From Armatimonadota bacterium (GTDB taxonomy: Bacteria > Vulcanimicrobiota > JACPDS01 > JBDRKI01), in NCBI GenBank assembly GCA_043814095.1, contig JBDRKI010000102.1, positions 15,716 through 79,715 of the forward strand: 64,000 nt of DNA. Reading direction: 5' to 3'. Under the pieces are notes generated by a model. That model was not told where the DNA came from. It was given only the letters and a program-made list of their open reading frames with translations, and did not search any database. The position numbers were made by a program, and so were the translations under genes. Positions 58,945 through 64,000 of this stretch are shown here, one piece after another (position 1 is the stretch's first letter; every line of letters begins with the position of its first letter).

Positions 58945-59884
58945 CCCTTTTAGCTATTTGTTCGTCTATATATATTATTATTTCGGAAGGTCCCCAGCTT
59001 GTAACAAGCAGGTTTATCCTGTCACCGCTTGAATGAGTGCTTTCATATATGGTCTGAGGTCCCGTAAGATCGTTTAATACGGCCTTTACATTCATTTTTT
59101 TGCTGGATGCGGGGACTACAAAGATTATATTGTCCTGTTTTAATTTTAAATCAATATATCTTGTACCCGCGCTTATTTTAAAAGATACGTTCGTGCCCGG
59201 ATAAACGAGCTCATCTTCATTAATGCTCTGCCATAGAATCTGGCCTAAGTCTTCTTCGTCGCTGTATTCCCATTTAATACTGCCTGTTTTAAGTTTTAAA
59301 TCCTCCATTTTGCTTCTTGCGTCTTTTATATTCATACCCGCAAATTTAGGTACTCTCACGGAAGGCTGTCCGCCCGAGTTAACGGTTACGTCAACTTTAG
59401 TGCCTTTTTTTACTCTTGAACCTGGGAGAGGGTTCTGGTTGAATATCTGCTCCTGTTCAACCGTATTATCCTGGCCCTTTTCCACTTTGCCTGCATCAAG
59501 CATATAGTTTGAAAGCATTATTTTGCCTTCCCTTAAAGTAAGGCCTATTAATTTCGGAACTTCGCATAAATCGGGGCCGCTGCTTACTACAACAAGTATA
59601 TCGCGCCCTTTTTTTACTTTTACGCCGGCAAGAGGCTCCTGTGATATCACGGTGTTTTCTGGCAGTTTGTTATCATATCTTGAATCAACAACCATAATAC
59701 TCAAATGTTTTGATTTTAAGGTTTTTTCCGCGTCATCTACCGAAATACTTGTAACATTAGGCACTTCAATTTCGCCTGTGGTGCCCCAGAAAGTGTAGAA
59801 CATATTAAACAGAAACCATACAAAGAAAATGACCGATATTATGATAAATCCGTACAGTAATCCTTTTTTAACAGATTCTCCCAT
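58934..59884 (-). CDS. Membrane-anchored protein with three PASTA domains
   Basis: N-terminal TM helix followed by three ~65-aa PASTA-like repeats (VP..G....A...L...GL). Directly downstream of the kinase gene. Confidence 0.65.
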   Translation of the reverse strand: MGESVKKGLLYGFIIISVIFFVWFLFNMFYTFWGTTGEIEVPNVTSISVDDAEKTLKSKHLSIMVVDSRYDNKLPENTVISQEPLAGVKVKKGRDILVVVSSGPDLCEVPKLIGLTLREGKIMLSNYMLDAGKVEKGQDNTVEQEQIFNQNPLPGSRVKKGTKVDVTVNSGGQPSVRVPKFAGMNIKDARSKMEDLKLKTGSIKWEYSDEEDLGQILWQSINEDELVYPGTNVSFKISAGTRYIDLKLKQDNIIFVVPASSKKMNVKAVLNDLTGPQTIYESTHSSGDRINLLVTSWGPSEIIIYIDEQIAKRANL

Positions 59885-59896
59885 AGCATTTCTCCT

Positions 59897-61900
59897 TTAC
59901 TTAACCACTATTAAATCAATCTTCTGGCCGGCAGGCACTTCCATTCCTGATTTCGGGTCCTGTTCAATAACAGTTCCCGATTTAGCTATTGAAGATTTTA
60001 AATATTCCACTTTGCCGAGAGCAAAACCGGCATTTTTTATAAGCGATTCGGCTTCGTCTTTTGACTTACCGATAAGATCAGGCACTACTATTGTCGAAGC
60101 AAGTTTTACTTTTACAATATTGCCCTTCATAAGGGCGCCGACTTCGGGGTCCTGCATTATAATCTGAGAGTTATCGTTAATTTTATCCCCGTTTTCAATA
60201 ATTATAAGGTCTAAACCCAGTTCATTAACTTCCTGTTTTGCTTCATTTAAGCCGAGCCCTATTAAATTAGGGGCGGTTAAATTCTCAAATCCCGAGCTTA
60301 AATACAGTTTTATCTTTTTATCTTCGGGAATGGCCCGTTTAGGCTTAGGATCCTGGTCTATCACATTGCCTTTGGGTATTTTAGCAGAAGGCTTCTCCCC
60401 TGCTATTTCATAATCCAGGTTAAAATCTTTTAATATTTTTTCCGCTTCTTCCAGCGTAAGATCGGTTAAATTGGGAACGGCTTTAGCGAAAGCACCCTGG
60501 CTTACCTCAAAATATACCGTGTCTTTCTGCGCTATTTCCTCGCCGGGTGCCGGTCTCTGAGCAATAATTATGCCTTCGGGAACGTCCTTATTTATGACTT
60601 CTTTTATGACCCTGAATTTTAAATCCATGCCGTTTAGAATGGTTTCAGCGTCTTTTATGTTTTTGCCTATAAAATTAGGAACCTTTAAACCCGCGATACC
60701 CTTGCTTAAAATAACAAGTACGGGAGTGTTTATATTAAGCTTTCTGCCCCATTCTGGGTACTGTTTTATAATTCTTCCCGTCTCTACTGTGTCGCTGAAC
60801 TCTTCACCCTGCACTTTAATTTTAAGTCCCGCATTCTCGGTCGCCGTTAAAGCTTCGGCGTAGTTCATATTTACAAGGTTGGGCACGTCAACTTTTTCCG
60901 TTAAACTGTTTATAACAAAATACGCGCCTGCCAGTAAAAGGATAAGCACTATGAATAATCCTATATAATTTCTTTTTTTAGACGGTTTCTTATCATGCCT
61001 TTCACTTCTTTTTTCAAATTTTACTTCTTCGTCTTTAAGCTTTAAAGCCGGCTTTATAATGGTATTTTCAAGCTTTACGGTTAAAAGTTTCTCCAGCGCC
61101 CTGTTAAAGTCTGTATAAAATTCATCTATATTTTTATATCTGTCCAGCGGGTTTTTGCTTAAAGCTTTTAATATGCAGTCATCTATCTCCGTGCTTAGTT
61201 TAGGATTTATTTCAGACGGTTTTGGGGGTGTTTCTTTTACATGCTTTAAAGCCACCGTAACGGCGTTATCGCCTTCAAAGGGGAGCTTCCCGGTAAGGAG
61301 CTGGTATGCAAGAACACCCAGTGAATACACGTCCGAGGCAGGTGTTATCTCCTTGCCCTGCGCCTGTTCGGGCGAGAAATAAAAAACAGAGCCCAGCATT
61401 GTACCCTGGGTGACCGTTTCGGTCTGGGTTATCCTTGCTATGCCGAAATCCGTAACCTTTATATTCCCTTCATCGTCTATTAAAACGTTTGAAGGCTTTA
61501 TATCCCTGTGTATAATGCCTTTAGTGTGTGCGTAAGCTATCGCGGAAGACACGTCTTTTATTATCTTAAGGGTTTCATTAAATTCTAAAACTTTTTTTGT
61601 CTCAAGGTAGTCTTTAAGATTCTCAGCGTTTATATATTCAAGAGCAAGAAAAATTAAGCCGTTATCTTCGGCAATATCATAAACATTTATTATATTGGGA
61701 TGGGATAAAGCCGCGTAAGCCCGGGCTTCGTTTTTAAATCTTAATATGAAATTTTTATCTTTTGAATACTCCGTCCGGAGTATTTTTAAAGCCACCCAGC
61801 GTCCTAGTTTTGTATCCTTGGCTTTATAGACAACAGCCATCCCGCCGTCGCCTATTTTTTTAACTATCTCGTAACGGTTCTGAATAGTTTTTCCCAGCAT
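59897..61900 (-). CDS. Eukaryotic-like Ser/Thr protein kinase with extracellular PASTA repeats (PknB/PrkC-type)
   Basis: Intact kinase motifs (GDGGMAVVYKA, VALK, HRDIKPSN, DFGIA, SPEQ), a TM helix and 4-5 C-terminal PASTA repeats. Confidence 0.88.
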   Translation of the reverse strand: MLGKTIQNRYEIVKKIGDGGMAVVYKAKDTKLGRWVALKILRTEYSKDKNFILRFKNEARAYAALSHPNIINVYDIAEDNGLIFLALEYINAENLKDYLETKKVLEFNETLKIIKDVSSAIAYAHTKGIIHRDIKPSNVLIDDEGNIKVTDFGIARITQTETVTQGTMLGSVFYFSPEQAQGKEITPASDVYSLGVLAYQLLTGKLPFEGDNAVTVALKHVKETPPKPSEINPKLSTEIDDCILKALSKNPLDRYKNIDEFYTDFNRALEKLLTVKLENTIIKPALKLKDEEVKFEKRSERHDKKPSKKRNYIGLFIVLILLLAGAYFVINSLTEKVDVPNLVNMNYAEALTATENAGLKIKVQGEEFSDTVETGRIIKQYPEWGRKLNINTPVLVILSKGIAGLKVPNFIGKNIKDAETILNGMDLKFRVIKEVINKDVPEGIIIAQRPAPGEEIAQKDTVYFEVSQGAFAKAVPNLTDLTLEEAEKILKDFNLDYEIAGEKPSAKIPKGNVIDQDPKPKRAIPEDKKIKLYLSSGFENLTAPNLIGLGLNEAKQEVNELGLDLIIIENGDKINDNSQIIMQDPEVGALMKGNIVKVKLASTIVVPDLIGKSKDEAESLIKNAGFALGKVEYLKSSIAKSGTVIEQDPKSGMEVPAGQKIDLIVVK

Positions 61901-61910
61901 ATTAAACCTC

Positions 61911-63314
61911 TTATCTCAAGGCGGTTTCCAGTACTCTCCTCGCGATCGGCGCCGCCGTAACTCCGCCGTATCCGCCGTTTTCCACTATCACGCAGACCAG
62001 AACTTCGGGATCTTCAGCGGGAGCAAATCCGATAAACCACGCGTGCTCTATCCCACCGGGGTTTTCAGCAGTTCCTGTTTTACCGGCAACCGATACCCCC
62101 TGTATTTTCGCGCGCGTACCTGTGCCTTTATTGACTGCATCGACCATTATATTTTTTACTGTTTCCGCTGTATTTTTGTCTATAGGATTATACAATATTC
62201 TGGATTTATTTACAAATATTTTATTAAAGTTTTTATCTATAACTTCTTTTAATAAATAAGGCTTCATGATTTTTCCTTCATTCGCGACGGCACTGACAAC
62301 CATAGCCATCTGAAGAGGGGTTATTACAATTTCTCCCTGCCCGAACCCGCTTTGAGCAAGCACACCGCTGTAAAAGGTATCTTTTCTTGAGATATGAGCT
62401 CTCTCAACAGGTACCTCTAACGGCACTTTTTTTGTTATACCGAATCTCTTAGCGTATTTTATGAAAAGGTCCGGCCCGATTGTAAGGGCTATATCCGCAA
62501 AAGCGATATTGCACGAATATATAAGGGTTTCGGAATAATTAAGACGCCCGTGCGCGGCATCATGAGCTTCATGAAGGGTGTATTTTCCCACTTTGTAGTA
62601 TCCCGGACAGTTAATAGAGTAAGTCTCATCTATTGAAGCCGAATCAAGAGCCGCTGAAAGGGTGAATACTTTAAAAGTAGATCCCGGCGGGTATACGCTC
62701 TCCGTGCACCTGTCTATTAAAGGAGCGCTTTTATCTTCTATAAGATACTGCCATTCGGAATTAAGTTTGTTGGGGTTAAAACCAGGGGAAGACGCAAGAG
62801 CTAGAACCTCCCCTGTTTTGGGATTTATAGCTACTACAGCGCCTTTTTTACCGTTAATAAGTTCATATGCTTTTAACTGTACCTTTTCATCTATGGTTAA
62901 TATACAGTCAAACCCGCTCCATGCTTCTTCTTTCAAAAAGCGTTTTAATTTAAATAAAGAATCTACTCTGCTGTCAAAAAGAAGGTAGCTGTTCAGATAT
63001 TTTTCAAGGCCTGATTTTCCGTAAATTAAATTATCATAACCGACCAGCTGGGCTATGGCATAAGAATAAGGGTAAAACCTTTCCCATTCATCCGGATTAT
63101 CCGCGTCCTGCCTGCTGAAAGCAAGTGTTTTCATGTTGGCGGAGTATATATCGCCGCGTCTGGCAATATTTTCTTTTAATCTGGGGTCAGACGCCAGGTT
63201 ATGCAGTTTTCCGGAAGCGAAGAACTGGATATAGGCAAGATAAAGAATAAGGATTACAAATATTATGCCGAAAAGTTTATACAGTTTTTTAATATTTTTA
63301 TCTATATTATTCAT
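61911..63314 (-). CDS. Class B penicillin-binding protein (PBP2/FtsI-like transpeptidase)
   Basis: N-terminal TM anchor, a dimerisation domain and a transpeptidase domain with STFK, SCN and KTGT motifs. Confidence 0.85.
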   Translation of the reverse strand: MNNIDKNIKKLYKLFGIIFVILILYLAYIQFFASGKLHNLASDPRLKENIARRGDIYSANMKTLAFSRQDADNPDEWERFYPYSYAIAQLVGYDNLIYGKSGLEKYLNSYLLFDSRVDSLFKLKRFLKEEAWSGFDCILTIDEKVQLKAYELINGKKGAVVAINPKTGEVLALASSPGFNPNKLNSEWQYLIEDKSAPLIDRCTESVYPPGSTFKVFTLSAALDSASIDETYSINCPGYYKVGKYTLHEAHDAAHGRLNYSETLIYSCNIAFADIALTIGPDLFIKYAKRFGITKKVPLEVPVERAHISRKDTFYSGVLAQSGFGQGEIVITPLQMAMVVSAVANEGKIMKPYLLKEVIDKNFNKIFVNKSRILYNPIDKNTAETVKNIMVDAVNKGTGTRAKIQGVSVAGKTGTAENPGGIEHAWFIGFAPAEDPEVLVCVIVENGGYGGVTAAPIARRVLETALR

Positions 63315-63339
63315 TCTTTACTCTTTCCCTGATTCGGTT

Positions 63340-64000
63340 TTATTTGGCCTTTTCTTTTTCTTCATGAGTATTTCTGGCTATTACCGTCAGTAAACCCAGA
63401 ATAATAAAATTTGAAACTATGGATGATCCGCCGTAGCTTACAAAGGGGAGTGTTATTCCTGTCAGAGGTATAATCTTTAAATTGCCGGCGATAATAACTA
63501 TGGACTGCCATGCGATTATCGCTGTTAATCCTGCGGAAAGCAGTTTCCCGAAGCTTTCTTTAACATTGATACTTACTTTAAAAGCTTTCCCTATGAACAA
63601 AAGATAAAGGATTATAAGGGCAGTGGCGCCTAAAAATCCCATCTCTTCAGATATGGCGCTGAATATAAAGTCGGTCTGCACGGCGGGCACGTAATACGGT
63701 TTGCCCATGCCCAGTCCCGTGCCGAATAATCCCCCTGCGGTTATTGAAAAAAGCCCTTGTATAATCTGGTGCCCCATGCCGTAAGGATCGCTCCAGGGAT
63801 TTAACCAGCTTATAAACCTTACCTTTATGTGGGCAAACGCCCTGTAGCACAGGTAAGATCCGCCGGCAAAAAGCATTATGCTTGTTACCATGATATCTTT
63901 CCTGGACGTGCTTAAATAAAACATAGTGATAAAGATACTGAACAGCAGAAGCGCCATACCCATATCTTTTTGCAGGACTATTATGAACATGCATAAAAGC
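63340..64000 (-). CDS. SEDS-family protein FtsW/RodA, 3' portion (N-terminus lies beyond the window end)
   Basis: C-terminal SEDS conservation (PAVQTDFIFSAISEE..GITLPFVSYGGSS). The ORF runs off the window edge. Confidence 0.8.
   Translation of the reverse strand, partial: LLCMFIIVLQKDMGMALLLFSIFITMFYLSTSRKDIMVTSIMLFAGGSYLCYRAFAHIKVRFISWLNPWSDPYGMGHQIIQGLFSITAGGLFGTGLGMGKPYYVPAVQTDFIFSAISEEMGFLGATALIILYLLFIGKAFKVSINVKESFGKLLSAGLTAIIAWQSIVIIAGNLKIIPLTGITLPFVSYGGSSIVSNFIILGLLTVIARNTHEEKEKAK

Overview
This is a low-GC (roughly one-third G+C), gene-dense bacterial chromosomal window. Coding density is about 90%, mixed on both strands. I found no rRNA or tRNA genes, no CRISPR array and no IS element. 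Most genes are recognisable housekeeping functions arranged in conserved neighbourhoods. In window order these are: dihydropyrimidinase-like amidohydrolase and ClpB; a TPR-HD-GYP protein; minC-minD-minE-rodA; a ferredoxin:thioredoxin-reductase-like protein, a ThiF/MoeB E1-like protein and dcd; a small 2x[4Fe-4S] ferredoxin, yvcK and rapZ; uvrC; two tandem S41 CtpA peptidases, an EnvC-like M23 peptidase, ftsX and ftsE; a pyruvyl transferase; a RelE/ParE toxin-antitoxin pair; pcrA and ligA; a small ORF plus minimal nucleotidyltransferase pair; an RlmD-like methyltransferase followed by a tightly coupled Clp ATPase, FHA protein and TPR pseudokinase; a XerC/D-type recombinase; DUF167; rnc and fabF; ruvCAB and yebC; asnS; gdh; rimO; scpB and scpA; a site-2 protease; a DHH-CBS-CCA/polyA-polymerase fusion; malic enzyme; a GT39/ArnT-like glycosyltransferase; and a PASTA protein, PASTA Ser/Thr kinase, PBP transpeptidase and FtsW (SEDS) cluster. 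The less ordinary features are: (1) a ~1 kb AT-rich non-coding region (36.9-37.85 kb) between the xerC/D gene and the DUF167 gene, with two diverged direct repeats and two near-identical GGGGA/TCCCC terminator hairpins; (2) a shared palindromic AAAATGTTAAC / GTTAAC(A)TTTT motif upstream of two separate uncharacterised gene units (38.3 kb, and 42.7 kb with an untracked 56-aa ORF); (3) a Clp ATPase with no M-domain and no obvious ClpP-docking loop, co-transcribed with an FHA protein and a degenerate (HGN instead of HRD) kinase-TPR protein; (4) an FTR-like / E1-like / dcd operon; (5) an unannotated ferredoxin; (6) a zinc-ribbon/acidic-tail gene inserted on the opposite strand between scpA and scpB; (7) an orphan 186-aa gene with its own terminator and a (TACA)4 repeat in its promoter region; (8) MinE with a long K/E-rich tail. 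All calls rest on reading the sequence and remembered family signatures. No database searches were run.
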